From Eledone cirrhosa (taxonomy: Eukaryota), in contig CAXHJY010000251.1 in assembly GCA_964016885.1 (NCBI GenBank), forward strand, positions 1 to 56,270: DNA of 56,270 nucleotides, given 5' to 3'. Under the pieces are notes generated by a model. The model searched no databases. It was not told the DNA's origin and was given only the letters and a program-made list of their open reading frames with translations. A program made the translations under genes and the position numbers. Below, one piece after another: positions 11,841 to 27,425 of this stretch (positions within the stretch are counted from its first letter, which is position 1; every line of letters begins with the position of its first letter).

Positions 11841-14800
11841 TGTGTCTTTCACATGTCCACTTTACAGTGTCGGCTGGGTGCTTTTTGCTGTGTCTTTCAC
11901 ATGCCCACTTTACAGTGTGGGCTGGGTGCTTTTTGCTGTGTCTTTCACATGTCCACTTTACAGCATGGGCTGAGTGCTTTTTGCTGTATCTTTCACATGT
12001 CCACTTTACAGCATGGGCTGGGTGCTTTTTGCTGTGTCTTTCACATGTTCACTTTACAGCATGGGCTGGGTGCTTTCTGCTGTATCTTTCACATGCCCAC
12101 TTTACAGTGTGGGCTGGATGCTTTTTGCTGTGTCTTTCACATGTCCACTTTACAGCATGGGCTGGGTGCTTTTTGCTGTGTCTTTCACACGTCCACTTTA
12201 CAGCATGGGCTGGGTGCTTTTTGCTGTGTCTTTCACATGTCCACTTTAAAGCATGGGCTGGGTGCTTTTTGCCATGTCTTTCTCACATCCACTGTACATC
12301 ATGGGCTGGATGCATTTTTGCTGTGTCTTTCACATGTCCACTTTACAGCATGGGCTGGATGCTTTTTGCTGTGTCTTTCACATGTCCACTTTACAGCATG
12401 GGCTAGGTGCTTTTTGCTGTGTCTTTCACACGTCAACTTTACAGCCTGGGCTGGATATTTTTTGTTGTGTCTTTCAGTGTCCACTTTACAGCATGGGCTG
12501 GGTGCTTTTTGCTGTGTCTTTCACACATCCACTTTACAGCATGGGCTGGGTGCTTTTTGCTGTGTCTTTCACACGTCCGCTTTACAGCATGGGCTGGGTG
12601 CTTTTTGCTGTGTCTTTCACATGTCCACTTTACAGCCTGGGCTGGATATTTTTTGTTGTGTCTTTCAGTGTCCACTTTACAGCATGGGCTGGGTGCTTTT
12701 TGCTGTGTCTTTCACACATCCACTTTACAGCATGGGCTGGATGCTTTTTGCTGTGTCTTTCAGTGTCCACTTTACAGCATGGGCTAGGTGCTTTTTGCTG
12801 TGTCTTTCACACGTCCACTTTACAGCATGGGCTGGATGCTTTTTGTTGTGTCTTTCAGTGTCCACTTTACAGCATGGGCTGGGTGCTTTTTGCTGTGTCT
12901 TTCACACATCCACTTTACAGCATGGGCTGGGTGCTTTTTGCTGTATCTTTCACACGTCCACTTTACAGCATGGGCTGGGTGCTTTTTGCTGTGTCTTTCA
13001 CATGTCCACTTTACAGCATGGGCTGGGTGCTTTTTGCTGTATCTTTCACATGCCCACTTTACAGCATGGGCTGGGTGCTTTTTGCTGTGTCTTTCACATG
13101 TTCACTTTACAGCATGGGCTGGGTGCTTTTTGCTGTATCTTTCACATGCCCACTTTACAGTGTGGGCTGGGTGCTTTTTGCGGTGTCTTTCACATGTCCA
13201 CTTTACAGCATGGGCTGGGTGCTTTTTGCTGTATCTTTCACATGTCCACTTTACAGCATGGGCTGGGTGCTTTTTGCTGTGTCTTTCACATGTTCACTTT
13301 ACAGCATGGGCTGGGTGCTTTTTGCTGTATCTTTCACATGCCCACTTTACAGTGTGGGCTGGGTGCTTTTTGCTGTGTCTTTCACATGTCCACTTTATAG
13401 CATGGGCTGGGTGCTTTTTGCTGTTTCTTTCACATGCCCACTTTACAGTGTGGGCTTGGTGCTTTTAGCTGTGTCTTTCACATGTCCACTTTACAGCATG
13501 GGCTGGGTGCTTTTTGCTGTGTCTTTCATATGTCCACTTTACAGTGTGGGCTAGGTGCTTTTTGCTGTGTCTTTCACATGTCCACTTTACAGTGTGGGCT
13601 GGGTGCTTTTTGCTGTGTCTTTCACATGTCCACTTTACAGTGTGGGCTAGGTGCTTTTTGCTGGGTCTTTCACATGTCCACTTTACAGTGTGGGCTAGGT
13701 GCTTTTTGCTGGGTCTTTCACATGTCCACTTTACAGTGTGGGCTGGGTGCTTTTTGCTGTGTCTTTCACATGTCCACTTTACAGCATGGGCTGGGTGCTT
13801 TTTGCTGTGTCTTTCACATTTTCACTTTACAGCATGGGCTGGGTGCTTTTTGCTGTGTCTTTCAGATGTTCACTTTAAAGCATGGGCTGGGTGCTTTTTG
13901 CTGTGTCTTTAACATGTCCACTTTAAAGCATGGGCTGGTTGCTTTTTGCTGTATCTTTCACATGTCCACTTTACAGCATGGGCTGGGTTCTTTTTGCTGT
14001 GTCTTTCACACGTCCACTTTACAGCATGGGCTGTGTGCTTTTTGCTGTGTCTTTCACATGTCCACTTTACAGTATGGGCTCGGTGCTTTTTGCTGTGTCT
14101 TTCACATGTCCACTTTACAGTGTGGGCTGGGTGCTTTTTGCTGTGTCTTTCACATGTCCACTTTACAGCATGGGCTGGGTGCTTTTTGCTGTGTCTTTCA
14201 CATGTCCACTTTACAGTGTGGGCTGGGTGCTTTTTGCTGTGTCTTTCACATGTCCACTTTACAGCATGGGCTGGGTGCTTTTTGCTGTGTCTTTCACATT
14301 TTCACTTTACAGCATGGGCTGGGTGCTTTTTGCTGTGTCTTTCAGATGTTCACTTTAAAGCATGGGCTGGGTGCTTTTTGCTGTGTCTTTCACATGTCCA
14401 CTTTACAGTGTCGGCTGGGTGCTTTTTGCTGTGTCTTTGACATGCCCACTTTACAGTGTGGGCTGGGTGCTTTTTGCTGTGTCTTTCACATGTCCACTTT
14501 ACAGCATGGGCTGAGTGCTTTTTGCTGTATCTTTCACATGTCCACTTTACAGCATGGGCTGGGTGCTTTTTGCTGTGTCTTTCACATGTTCACTTTACAG
14601 CATGGGCTGGGTGCTTTCTGCTGTATCTTTCACATGCCCACTTTACAGTGTGGGCTGGGTGCTTTTTGCTGTGTCTTTCACATGTCCACTTTACAGCATG
14701 GGCTGGGTGCTTTTTGCTGTGTCTTTCACATGTCCACTTTACAGCATGGGCTGGATGCTTTTTGCTGTGTCTTTCACATGTCCACTTTACAGCATGGGCT

Positions 14801-17169
14801 GGGTGCTTTTTGCTGTGTCTTTCACACGTCCACTTTACAGCATGGGCTGGGTGCTTTTTGCTGTGTCTTTCACATGTCCACTTTAAAGCATGGGCTGGGT
14901 GCTTTTTGCCATGTCTTTCTCACATCCACTGTACATCATGGGCTGGATGCATTTTTGCTGTGTCTTTCACATGTCCACTTTACAGCATGGGCTGGATGCT
15001 TTTTGCTGTGTCTTTCACATGTCCACTTTACAGCATGGGCTAGGTGCTTTTTGCTGTGTCTTTCACACGTCAACTTTACAGCCTGGGCTGGATGTTTTTT
15101 GTTGTGTCTTTCAGTGTCCACTTTACAGCATGGGCTGGGTGCTTTTTGCTGTGTCTTTCACACATCCACTTTACAGCATGGGCTGGGTGCTTTTTGCTGT
15201 GTCTTTCACACGTCCACTTTACAGCATGGGCTGGGTGCTTTTTGCTGTGTCTTTCACATGTCCACTTTACAGCATGGGCTGGATGCTTTTTGCTGTGTCT
15301 TTCACATGTCCACTTTACAGCATGGGCTGGGTGCTTTTTGCTGTGTCTTTCACACGTCCACTTTACAGCATGGGCTGGGTGCTTTTTGCTGTGTCTTTCA
15401 CATGCCCACTTTACAGTGTGGGCTGGGTGCTTTTTGCTGTGTCTTTCACATGTCCACTTTACAGCATGGGCTGGGTGCTTTTTGCTGTGTCATTCACGCG
15501 TCCACTTTACAGCATGGGCTGGGTGCTTTCTGCTGTGTCTTTCACATGCCCACTTTACAGTGTGGGCTAGGTGCTTTTTGCTGTGTCTTTCACATGTCCA
15601 CTTTACAGCATGGGCTGGGTGCTTTTTGCTGTGTCTTTCACATGCCCACTTTACAGCATGGGCTGGGGGCTTTTTGCTGTGTCTTTCACATGTCCACTTT
15701 ACAGCATGGGCTGGGTGCTTTTTGCTGTGTCTTTCACATGCCCACTTTACAGCATGGGCTGGGTGCTTTTTGCTGTGTCTTTCACATGTCCACTTTACAG
15801 CATGGGCTGGGTGCTTTTTGCTGTGTCTTTCACATGCCCACTTTACAGCATGGGCTGGATGCCTTTTGCTGTATCTTTCACATGCCCACTTTACAGCATG
15901 GGCTGGGTGCTTTTTGCTGTGTCTTTCACATGTCCACTTTATAGCATGGGCTGGGTGCTTTTTGCTGTGTCTTTCACATGCCCACTTTACAGTGTGGGCT
16001 TGGTGCTTTTAGCTGTGTCTTTCACATGTCCACTTTACAGCATGGGCTGGGTGCTTTTTGCTGTGTCTTTCATATGTCCACTTTACAGTGTGGGCTAGGT
16101 GCTTTTTGCTGTGTCTTTCACATGTCCACTTTACAGTGTGGGCTGGGTGCTTTTTGCTGTGTCTTTCACATGTCCACTTTACAGTGTGGGCTAGGTGCTT
16201 TTTGCTGGGTCTTTCACATGTCCACTTTACAGTGTGGGCTGGGTGCTTTTTGCTGTGTCTTTCACATGTCCACTTTACAGTGTGGGCTAATTGCTTTTTG
16301 CTGTGTTCTTTCACATGCCCACTTTACAGCATGGGCTGGGTGCTTTTTGCTGTGTCTTTCACATGTCCACTTTACAGTGTGGGCTAGGTGCTTTTTTCTG
16401 GGTCTTTCACATGTCCACTTTACAGTGTGGGCTGGGTGCTTTTTGCTGTGTCTTTCACATGCCCACTTTACAGCATGGTTAGGTGCTTTTTGCTGTGTCT
16501 TTCACATGTCCACTTTACAGTGTGGGCTAGGTGCTTTTTGCTGTGTCTTTCACATGTCCACTTTACAGTGTGGGCTTATTGCTTTTTGCTGTGTCTTTCA
16601 CATGCCCACTTTACAGCATGGGCTGGGTGCTTTTTGCTGTGTCTTTCACATGTCCACTTTACAGTGTGGGCTGGGTGCTTTTTGCTGTGTCTTTCACATG
16701 TCCACTTTACAGTGTGGGCTAGGTGCTTTTTGCTGGGTCTTTCACATGTCCACTTTACAGTGTGGGCTGGGTGCTTTTTGCTGTGTCTTTCACATGCCCA
16801 CTTTACAGCATGGGCTAGGTGCTTTTTGCTGTGTCTTTCACATGTCCACTTTACAGTGTGGGCTAGGTGCTTTTTGCTGGGTCTTTCACATGTCCACTTT
16901 ACAGCATGGGCTGGGTGCTTTTTGCTGTGTCTTTCACACGTCCACTTTACAGCATGGGCTGGGTGCTTTTTGCTGTGTCTTTCACATGTCCACTTTAAAG
17001 CATGGGCTGGGTGCTTTTTGCCATATCTTTCTCACATCCACTGTACATCATGGGCTGGATGCATTTTTGCTGTGTCTTTCACATGTCCACTTTACAGCAT
17101 GGGCTGGATGCTTTTTGCTGTGTCTTTCACATGTCCACTTTACAGCATGGGCTAGGTACTTTTTGCTGT

Positions 17170-20100
17170 GTCTTTCACACGTTCACTTTACAGCCTGGGC
17201 TGGATGCTTTTTGTTGTGTCTTTCAGTGTCCACTTTACAGCATGGGCTGGGTCCTTTTTGCTGTGTCTTTCACACATCCACTTTACAGCATGGGCTGGGT
17301 GCTTTTTGCTGTGTCTTTCACACGTCCACTTTACAGCATGGGCTGGGTGTTTTTTGCTGTGTATTTCACATGCCCACTTTACAGCATGGGCTGGGTGCTT
17401 TTTGCTGTGTCTTTCACGCGTCCACTTTACAGCATGGGCTGGATGCTTTTTGCTGTGTCTTTCAGTGTCCACTTTACAGCATGGGCTAGGTGCTTTTTGC
17501 TGTGTCTTTCACACGTCCACTTTACAGCATGGGCTGGATGCTTTTTGTTGTGTCTTTCAGTGTCCACTTTACAGCATGGGCTGGGTGCTTTTTGCTGTGT
17601 CTTTCACACATCCACTTTACAGCATGGGCTGGGTGCTTTTTGCTGTATCTTTCACACGTCCACTTTACAGCATGGGCTGGGTGCTTTTTGCTGTGTCTTT
17701 CACATGTCCACTTTACAGCATGGGCTGGGTGCTTTTTGCTGTATCTTTCACATGCCCACTTTACAGCATGGGCTGGGTGCTTTTTGCTGTGTCTTTCACA
17801 TGTTCACTTTACAGCATGGGCTGGGTGCTTTTTGCTGTATCTTTCACATGCCCACTTTACAGTGTGGGCTGGGTGCTTTTTGCGGTGTCTTTCACATGTC
17901 CACTTTACAGCATGGGCTGGGTGCTTTTTGCTGTATCTTTCACATGTCCACTTTACAGCATGGGTTGGGTGCTTTTTGCTGTGTCTTTCACATGTTCACT
18001 TTACAGCATGGGCTGGGTGCTTTTTGCTGTATCTTTCACATGCCCACTTTACAGTGTGGGCTGGGTGCTTTTTGCTGTGTCTTTCACATGTCCACTTTAT
18101 AGCATGGGCTGGGTGCTTTTTGCTGTTTCTTTCACATGCCCACTTTACAGTGTGGGCTTGGTGCTTTTAGCTGTGTCTTTCACATGTCCACTTTACAGCA
18201 TGGGCTGGGTGCTTTTTGCTGTGTCTTTCATATGTCCACTTTACAGTGTGGGCTAGGTGCTTTTTGCTGTGTCTTTCACATGTCCACTTTACAGTGTGGG
18301 CTGGGTGCTTTTTGCTGTGTCTTTCACATGTCCACTTTACAGTGTGGGCTAGGTGCTTTTTGCTGGGTCTTTCACATGTCCACTTTACAGTGTGGGCTAG
18401 GTGCTTTTTGCTGTGTCTTTCACATGTCCACTTTACAGTGTGGGCTAGGTGCTTTTTTCTGGGTCTTTCACATGTCCACTTTACAGTGTGGGCTGGGTGC
18501 TTTTAGCTGTGTCTTTCACATGCTCACTTTACAGCATGGTTAGGTGCTTTTTGCTGTGTCTTTCACATGTCCACTTTACAGTGTGGGCTAGGTGCTTTTT
18601 GCTGTGTCTTTCACATGTCCACTTTACAGTGTGGGCTGGGTGCTTTTTGCTGTGTCTTTCACATGCCCACTTTACAGCATGGGCTGGGTGCTTTTTGCTG
18701 TGTCTTTCACATGTCCACTTTACAGTGTGGGCTGGGTGCTTTTTGCTGTGTCTTTCACATGTCCACTTTACAGTGTAGGCTAGGTGCTTTTTGCTGGGTC
18801 TTTCACATGTCCACTTTACAGTGTGGGCTGGGTGCTTTTTGCTGTGTCTTTCACATGCCCACTTTACAGCATGGGCTAGGTGCTTTTTGCTGTGTCTTTC
18901 ACATGTCCACTTTACAGTGTGGGCTAGGTGCTTTTTGCTGGGTCTTTCACATGTCCACTTTACAGCATGGGCTGGGTGCTTTTTGCTGTGTCTTTCACAC
19001 GTCCACTTTACAGCATGGGCTGGGTGCTTTTTGCTGTGTCTTTCACATGTCCACTTTAAAGCATGGGCTGGGTGCTTTTTGCCATATCTTTCTCACATCC
19101 ACTGTACATCATGGGCTGGATGCATTTTTGCTGTGTCTTTCACATGTCCACTTTACAGCATGGGCTGGATGCTTTTTGCTGTGCCTTTCACATGTCCACT
19201 TTACAGCATGGGCTAGGTGCTTTTTGCTGTGTCTTTCACACGTCCACTTTACAGCCTGGGCTGGATGCTTTTTGTTGTGTCTTTCAGTGTCCACTTTACA
19301 GCATGGGCTGGGTGCTTTTTGCTGTGTCTTTCACACATCCACTTTACAGCATGGGCTGGGTGCTTTTTGCTGTGTCTTTCACACGTCCACTTTACAGCAT
19401 GGGCTGGGTGCTTTTTGCTGTGTCTTTCACATGCCCACTTTACAGCATGGGCTGGGTGCTTTTTGCTGTGTCTTTCACACGTCCACTTTACAGCATGGGC
19501 TGGGTGCTTTTTGCTGTGTATTTCACATGCCCACTTTACAGCATGGGCTGGGTGCTTTTTGCTGTGTCTTTCACGCGTCCACTTTACAGCATGGGCTGGA
19601 TGCTTTTTGCTGTGTCTTTCAGTGTCCACTTTACAGCATGGGCTGGGTGCTTTTTGCTGTGTCTTTCACACGTCCACTTTACAGCATGGGCTGGATGCTT
19701 TTTGTTGTGTCTTTCAGTGTCCACTTTACAGCATGGGCTGGGTGCTTTTTGCTGTGTCTTTCACACATCCACTTTACAGCATGGGCTGGGTGCTTTTTGC
19801 TGTATCTTTCACACGTCCACTTTACAGCATGGGCTGGGTGCTTTTTGCTGTGTCTTTCACATGTCCACTTTACAGCATGGGCTGGGTGCTTTTTGCTGTA
19901 TCTTTCACATGCCCACTTTACAGCATGGGCTGGGTGCTTTTTGCTGTGTCTTTCACATGTTCACTTTACAGCATGGGCTGGGTGCTTTTTGCTGTATCTT
20001 TCACATGCCCACTTTACAGTGTGGGCTGGGTGCTTTTTGCGGTGTCTTTCACATGTCCACTTTACAGCATGGGCTGGGTGCTTTTTGCTGTATCTTTCAC

Positions 20101-23100
20101 ATGTCCACTTTACAGCATGGGCTGGGTGCTTTTGGCTGTGTCTTTCACATGTTCACTTTACAGCATGGGCTGGGTGCTTTTTGCTGTATCTTTCACATGC
20201 CCACTTTACAGTGTGGGCTGGGTGCTTTTTGCTGTGTCTTTCACATGTCCACTTTATAGCATGGGCTGGGTGCTTTTTGCTGTGTCTTTCACATGCCCAC
20301 TTTACAGTGTGGGCTTGGTGCTTTTTGCTGTGTCTTTCACATGTCCACTTTACAGTGTGGGCTGGGTGCTTTTTGCTGTGTCTTTCACATGTCCACTTTA
20401 CAGTGTGGGCTAGGTGCTTTTTGCTGGGTCTTTCACATGTCCACTTTACAGTGTGGGCTGGGTGCTTTTTGCTGTGTCTTTCACATGTCCACTTTACAGT
20501 GTGGGATAATTGCTTTTTGCTCTGTTCTTTCACATGCCCACTTTACAGCATGGGCTGGGTGCTTTTTGCTGTGTCTTTCACATGTCCACTTTACAGTGTG
20601 GGCTGGGTGCTTTTTGCTGTGTCTTTCACATGTCCACTTTACAGTGTGGGCTAGGTGCTTTTTTCTGGGTCTTTCACATGTCCACTTTACAGTGTGGGCT
20701 GGGTGCTTTTAGCTGTGTCTTTCACATGCTCACTTTACAGCATGGTTAGGTGCTTTTTGCTGTGTCTTTCACATGTCCACTTTACAGTGTGGGCTGGGTG
20801 CTTTTTGCTGTGTCTTTCACATGCCCACTTTACAGCATGGTTAGGTGCTTTTTGCTGTGTCTTTCACATGTCCACTTTACAGTGTGGGCTAGGTGCTTTT
20901 TGCTGTGTCTTTCACATGTCCACTTTACAGTGTGGGCTTATTGCTTTTTGCTGTGTCTTTCACATGCCCACTTTACAGCATGGGCTGGGTGCTTTTTGCT
21001 GTGTCTTTCACATGTCCACTTTACAGTGTGGGCTGGGTGCTTTTTGCTGTGTCTTTCACATGTCCACTTTACAGTGTGGGCTAGGTGCTTTTTGCTGGGT
21101 CTTTCACATGTCCACTTTACAGTGTGGGCTGGGTGCTTTTTGCTGTGTCTTTCACATGCCCACTTTACAGCATGGGCTAGGTGCTTTTTGCTGTGTCTTT
21201 CACATGTCCACTTTACAGTGTGGGCTAGGTGCTTTTTGCTGGGTCTTTCACATGTCCACTTTACAGCATGGGCTGGGTGCTTTTTGCTGTGTCTTTCACA
21301 CGTCCACTTTACAGCATGGGCTGGGTGCTTTTTGCTGTGTCTTTCACATGTCCACTTTAAAGCATGGGCTGGGTGCTTTTTGCCATATCTTTCTCACATC
21401 CACTGTACATCATGGGCTGGATGCATTTTTGCTGTGTCTTTCACATGTCCACTTTACAGCATGGGCTGGATGCTTTTTGCTGTGTCTTTCACATGTCCAC
21501 TTTACAGCATGGGCTAGGTGCTTTTTGCTGTGTCTTTCACACGTCCACTTTACAGCCTGGGCTGGATGCTTTTTGTTGTGTCTTTCAGTGTCCACTTTAC
21601 AGCATGGGCTGGGTGCTTTTTGCTGTGTCTTTCACACATCCACTTTACAGCATGGGCTGGGTGCTTTTTGCTGTGTCTTTCACACGTCCACTTTACAGCA
21701 TGGGCTGGGTGCTTTTTGCTGTGTCTTTCACATGCCCACTTTACAGCATGGGCTGGGTGCTTTTTGCTGTGTCTTTCACGCGTCCACTTTACAGCATGGA
21801 CTGGATGCTTTTTGCTGTGTCTTTCAGTGTCCACTTTACAGCATGGGCTAGGTGCTTTTTGCTGTGTCTTTCACACGTCCACTTTACAGCATGGGCTGGA
21901 TGCTTTTTGTTGTGTCTTTCAGTGTCCACTTTACAGCATGGGCTGGGTGCTTTTTGCTGTGTCTTTCACACATCCACTTTACAGCATGGGCTGGGTGCTT
22001 TTTGCTGTATCTTTCACACGTCCACTTTACAGCATGGGCTGGGTGCTTTTTGCTGTGTCTTTCACATGTCCACTTTACAGCATGGGCTGGGTGCTTTTTG
22101 CTGTATCTTTCACATGCCCACTTTACAGCATGGGCTGGGTGCTTTTTGCTGTGTCTTTCACATGTTCACTTTACAGCATGGGCTGGGTGCTTTTTGCTGT
22201 ATCTTTCACATGCCCACTTTACAGTGTGGGCTGGGTGCTTTTTGCGGTGTCTTTCACATGTCCACTTTACAGCATGGGCTGGGTGCTTTTTGCTGTGTCA
22301 TTCACGCGTCCACTTTACAGCATGGGCTGGGTGCTTTTTGCTGTGTCTTTCACATGCCCACTTTACAGTGTGGGCTAGGTGCTTTTTGCTGTGTCTTTCA
22401 CATGTCCACTTTACAGCATGGGCTGGGTGCTTTTTGCTGTGTCTTTCACATGCCCACTTTACAGCATGGGCTGGGGGCTTTTTGCTGTGTCTTTCACATG
22501 TCCACTTTACAGCATGGGCTGGGTGCTTTTTGCTGTGTCTTTCACATGCCCACTTGACAGTGTGGGCTGGGTGCTTTTTGCTGTGTCTTTCACATGTCCA
22601 CTTTACAGCATGGGCTGGGTGCTTTTTGCTGTGTCTTTCACATGCCCACTTTACAGCATGGGCTGGATGCCTTTTGCTGTATCTTTCACATGCCCACTTT
22701 ACAGCATGGGCTGGGTGCTTTTTGCTGTGTCTTTCACATGTCCACTTTATAGCATGGGCTGGGTGCTTTTTGCTGTGTCTTTCACATGCCCACTTTACAG
22801 TGTGGGCTTGGTGCTTTTAGCTGTGTCTTTCACATGTCCACTTTACAGCATGGGCTGGGTGCTTTTTGCTGTGTCTTTCATATGTCCACTTTACAGTGTG
22901 GGCTAGGTGCTTTTTGCTGTGTCTTTCACATGTCCACTTTACAGTGTGGGCTGGGTGCTTTTTGCTGTGTCTTTCACATGTCCACTTTACAGTGTGGGCT
23001 AGGTGCTTTTTGCTGGGTCTTTCACATGTCCACTTTACAGTGTGGGCTGGGTGCTTTTTGCTGTGTCTTTCACATGTCCACTTTACAGTGTGGGCTAATT

Positions 23101-26100
23101 GCTTTTTGCTGTGTTCTTTCACATGCCCACTTTACAGCATGGGCTGGGTGCTTTTTGCTGTGTCTTTCACATGTCCACTTTACAGTGTGGGCTGGGTGCT
23201 TTTTGCTGTGTCTTTCACATGTCCACTTTACAGTGTGGGCTAGGTGCTTTTTTCTGGGTCTTTCACATGCCCACTTTACAGCATGGTTAGGTGCTTTTTG
23301 CTGTGTCTTTCACATGTCCACTTTACAGTGTGGGCTAGGTGCTTTTTGCTGTGTCTTTCACATGTCCACTTTACAGTGTGGGCTTATTGCTTTTTGCTGT
23401 GTCTTTCACATGCCCACTTTACAGCATGGGCTGGGTGCTTTTTGCTGTGTCTTTCACATGTCCACTTTACAGTGTGGGCTGGGTGCTTTTTGCTGTGTCT
23501 TTCACATGTCCACTTTACAGTGTGGGCTAGGTGCTTTTTGCTGGGTCTTTCACATGTCCACTTTACAGTGTGGGCTGGGTGCTTTTTGCTGTGTCTTTCA
23601 CATGCCCACTTTACAGCATGGGCTAGGTGCTTTTTGCTGTGTCTTTCACATGTCCACTTTACAGTGTGGGCTAGGTGCTTTTTGCTGGGTCTTTCACATG
23701 TCCACTTTACAGCATGGGCTGGGTGCTTTTTGCTGTGTCTTTCACACGTCCACTTTACAGCATGGGCTGGGTGCTTTTTGCTGTGTCTTTCACATGTCCA
23801 CTTTAAAGCATGGGCTGGGTGCTTTTTGCCATATCTTTCTCACATCCACTGTACATCATGGGCTGGATGCATTTTTGCTGTGTCTTTCACATGTCCACTT
23901 TACAGCATGGGCTGGATGCTTTTTGCTGTGTCTTTCACATGTCCACTTTACAGCCTGGGCTGGATGCTTTTTGTTGTGTCTTTCAGTGTCCACTTTACAG
24001 CATGGGCTGGGTCCTTTTTGCTGTGTCTTTCACACATCCACTTTACAGCATGGGCTGGGTGCTTTTTGCTGTGTCTTTCACACGTCCACTTTACAGCATG
24101 GGCTGGGTGTTTTTTGCTGTGTATTTCACATGCCCACTTTACAGCATGGGCTGGGTGCTTTTTGCTGTGTCTTTCACGCGTCCACTTTACAGCATGGGCT
24201 GGATGCTTTTTGCTGTGTCTTTCAGTGTCCACTTTACAGCATGGGCTAGGTGCTTTTTGCTGTGTCTTTCACACGTCCACTTTACAGCATGGGCTGGATG
24301 CTTTTTGTTGTGTCTTTCAGTGTCCACTTTACAGCATGGGCTGGGTGCTTTTTGCTGTGTCTTTCACACATCCACTTTACAGCATGGGCTGGGTGCTTTT
24401 TGCTGTATCTTTCACACGTCCACTTTACAGCATGGGCTGGGTGCTTTTTGCTGTGTCTTTCACATGTCCACTTTACAGCATGGGCTGGGTGCTTTTTGCT
24501 GTATCTTTCACATGCCCACTTTACAGCATGGGCTGGGTGCTTTTTGCTGTGTCTTTCACATGTTCACTTTACAGCATGGGCTGGGTGCTTTTTGCTGTAT
24601 CTTTCACATGCCCACTTTACAGTGTGGGCTGGGTGCTTTTTGCGGTGTCTTTCACATGTCCACTTTACAGCATGGGCTGGGTGCTTTTTGCTGTATCTTT
24701 CACATGTCCACTTTACAGCATGGGCTGGGTGCTTTTTGCTGTGTCTTTCACATGTTCACTTTACAGCATGGGCTGGGTGCTTTTTGCTGTATCTTTCACA
24801 TGCCCACTTTACAGTGTGGGCTGGGTGCTTTTTGCTGTGTCTTTCACATGTCCACTTTATAGCATGGGCTGGGTGCTTTTTGCTGTTTCTTTCACATGCC
24901 CACTTTACAGTGTGGGCTTGGTGCTTTTAGCTGTGTCTTTCACATGTCCACTTTACAGCATGGGCTGGGTGCTTTTTGCTGTGTCTTTCATATGTCCACT
25001 TTACAGTGTGGGCTAGGTGCTTTTTGCTGTGTCTTTCACATGTCCACTTTACAGTGTGGGCTGGGTGCTTTTTGCTGTGTCTTTCACATGTCCACTTTAC
25101 AGTGTGGGCTAGGTGCTTTTTGCTGGGTCTTTCACATGTCCACTTTACAGTGTGGGCTAGGTGCTTTTTGCTGTGTCTTTCACATGTCCACTTTACAGTG
25201 TGGGCTAGGTGCTTTTTTCTGGGTCTTTCACATGTCCACTTTACAGTGTGGGCTGGGTGCTTTTAGCTGTGTCTTTCACATGCTCACTTTACAGCATGGT
25301 TAGGTGCTTTTTGCTGTGTCTTTCACATGTCCACTTTACAGTGTGGGCTAGGTGCTTTTTGCTGTGTCTTTCACATGTCCACTTTACAGTGTGGGCTGGG
25401 TGCTTTTTGCTGTGTCTTTCACATGCCCACTTTACAGCATGGGCTGGGTGCTTTTTGCTGTGTCTTTCACATGTCCACTTTACAGTGTGGGCTGGGTGCT
25501 TTTTGCTGTGTCTTTCACATGTCCACTTTACAGTGTAGGCTAGGTGCTTTTTGCTGGGTCTTTCACATGTCCACTTTACAGTGTGGGCTGGGTGCTTTTT
25601 GCTGTGTCTTTCACATGCCCACTTTACAGCATGGGCTAGGTGCTTTTTGCTGTGTCTTTCACATGTCCACTTTACAGTGTGGGCTAGGTGCTTTTTGCTG
25701 GGTCTTTCACATGTCCACTTTACAGCATGGGCTGGGTGCTTTTTGCTGTGTCTTTCACACGTCCACTTTACAGCATGGGCTGGGTGCTTTTTGCTGTGTC
25801 TTTCACATGTCCACTTTAAAGCATGGGCTGGGTGCTTTTTGCCATATCTTTCTCACATCCACTGTACATCATGGGCTGGATGCATTTTTGCTGTGTCTTT
25901 CACATGTCCACTTTACAGCATGGGCTGGATGCTTTTTGCTGTGCCTTTCACATGTCCACTTTACAGCATGGGCTAGGTGCTTTTTGCTGTGTCTTTCACA
26001 CGTCCACTTTACAGCCTGGGCTGGATGCTTTTTGTTGTGTCTTTCAGTGTCCACTTTACAGCATGGGCTGGGTGCTTTTTGCTGTGTCTTTCACACATCC

Positions 26101-27425
26101 ACTTTACAGCATGGGCTGGGTGCTTTTTGCTGTGTCTTTCACACGTCCACTTTACAGCATGGGCTGGGTGCTTTTTGCTGTGTCTTTCACATGCCCACTT
26201 TACAGCATGGGCTGGGTGCTTTTTGCTGTGTCTTTCACACGTCCACTTTACAGCATGGGCTGGGTGCTTTTTGCTGTGTATTTCACATGCCCACTTTACA
26301 GCATGGGCTGGGTGCTTTTTGCTGTGTCTTTCACGCGTCCACTTTACAGCATGGGCTGGATGCTTTTTGCTGTGTCTTTCAGTGTCCACTTTACAGCATG
26401 GGCTGGGTGCTTTTTGCTGTGTCTTTCACACGTCCACTTTACAGCATGGGCTGGATGCTTTTTGTTGTGTCTTTCAGTGTCCACTTTACAGCATGGGCTG
26501 GGTGCTTTTTGCTGTGTCTTTCACACATCCACTTTACAGCATGGGCTGGGTGCTTTTTGCTGTATCTTTCACACGTCCACTTTACAGCATGGGCTGGGTG
26601 CTTTTTGCTGTGTCTTTCACATGTCCACTTTACAGCATGGGCTGGGTGCTTTTTGCTGTATCTTTCACATGCCCACTTTACAGCATGGGCTGGGTGCTTT
26701 TTGCTGTGTCTTTCACATGTTCACTTTACAGCATGGGCTGGGTGCTTTTTGCTGTATCTTTCACATGCCCACTTTACAGTGTGGGCTGGGTGCTTTTTGC
26801 GGTGTCTTTCACATGTCCACTTTACAGCATGGGCTGGGTGCTTTTTGCTGTATCTTTCACATGTCCACTTTACAGCATGGGCTGGGTGCTTTTTGCTGTG
26901 TCTTTCACATGTTCACTTTACAGCATGGGCTGGGTGCTTTTTGCTGTATCTTTCACATGCCCACTTTACAGTGTGGGCTGGGTGCTTTTTGCTGTGTCTT
27001 TCACATGTCCACTTTATAGCATGGGCTGGGTGCTTTTTGCTGTGTCTTTCACATGCCCACTTTACAGTGTGGGCTTGGTGCTTTTTGCTGTGTCTTTCAC
27101 ATGTCCACTTTACAGTGTGGGCTGGGTGCTTTTTGCTGTGTCTTTCACATGTCCACTTTACAGTGTGGGCTAGGTGCTTTTTGCTGGGTCTTTCACATGT
27201 CCACTTTACAGTGTGGGCTGGGTGCTTTTTGCTGTGTCTTTCACATGTCCACTTTACAGTGTGGGATAATTGCTTTTTGCTCTGTTCTTTCACATGCCCA
27301 CTTTACAGCATGGGCTGGGTGCTTTTTTCTGTGTCTTTCACATGTCCACTTTACAGTGTGGGCTGGGTGCTTTTTGCTGTGTCTTTCACATGTCCACTTT
27401 ACAGTGTGGGCTAGGTGCTTTTTTC
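17170..27425. repeat. Higher-order duplication, period 6760 bp
   Basis: ORF-track pairs 17490/24250, 18136/24896, 18567/25327, 19063/25823 and 20153/26913 are all offset by 6760. The rare variant cagtgtaggc occurs at 18771 and 25531. Similarity extends leftwards to ~15480 at offset 6808 (one extra monomer). Confidence 0.85.
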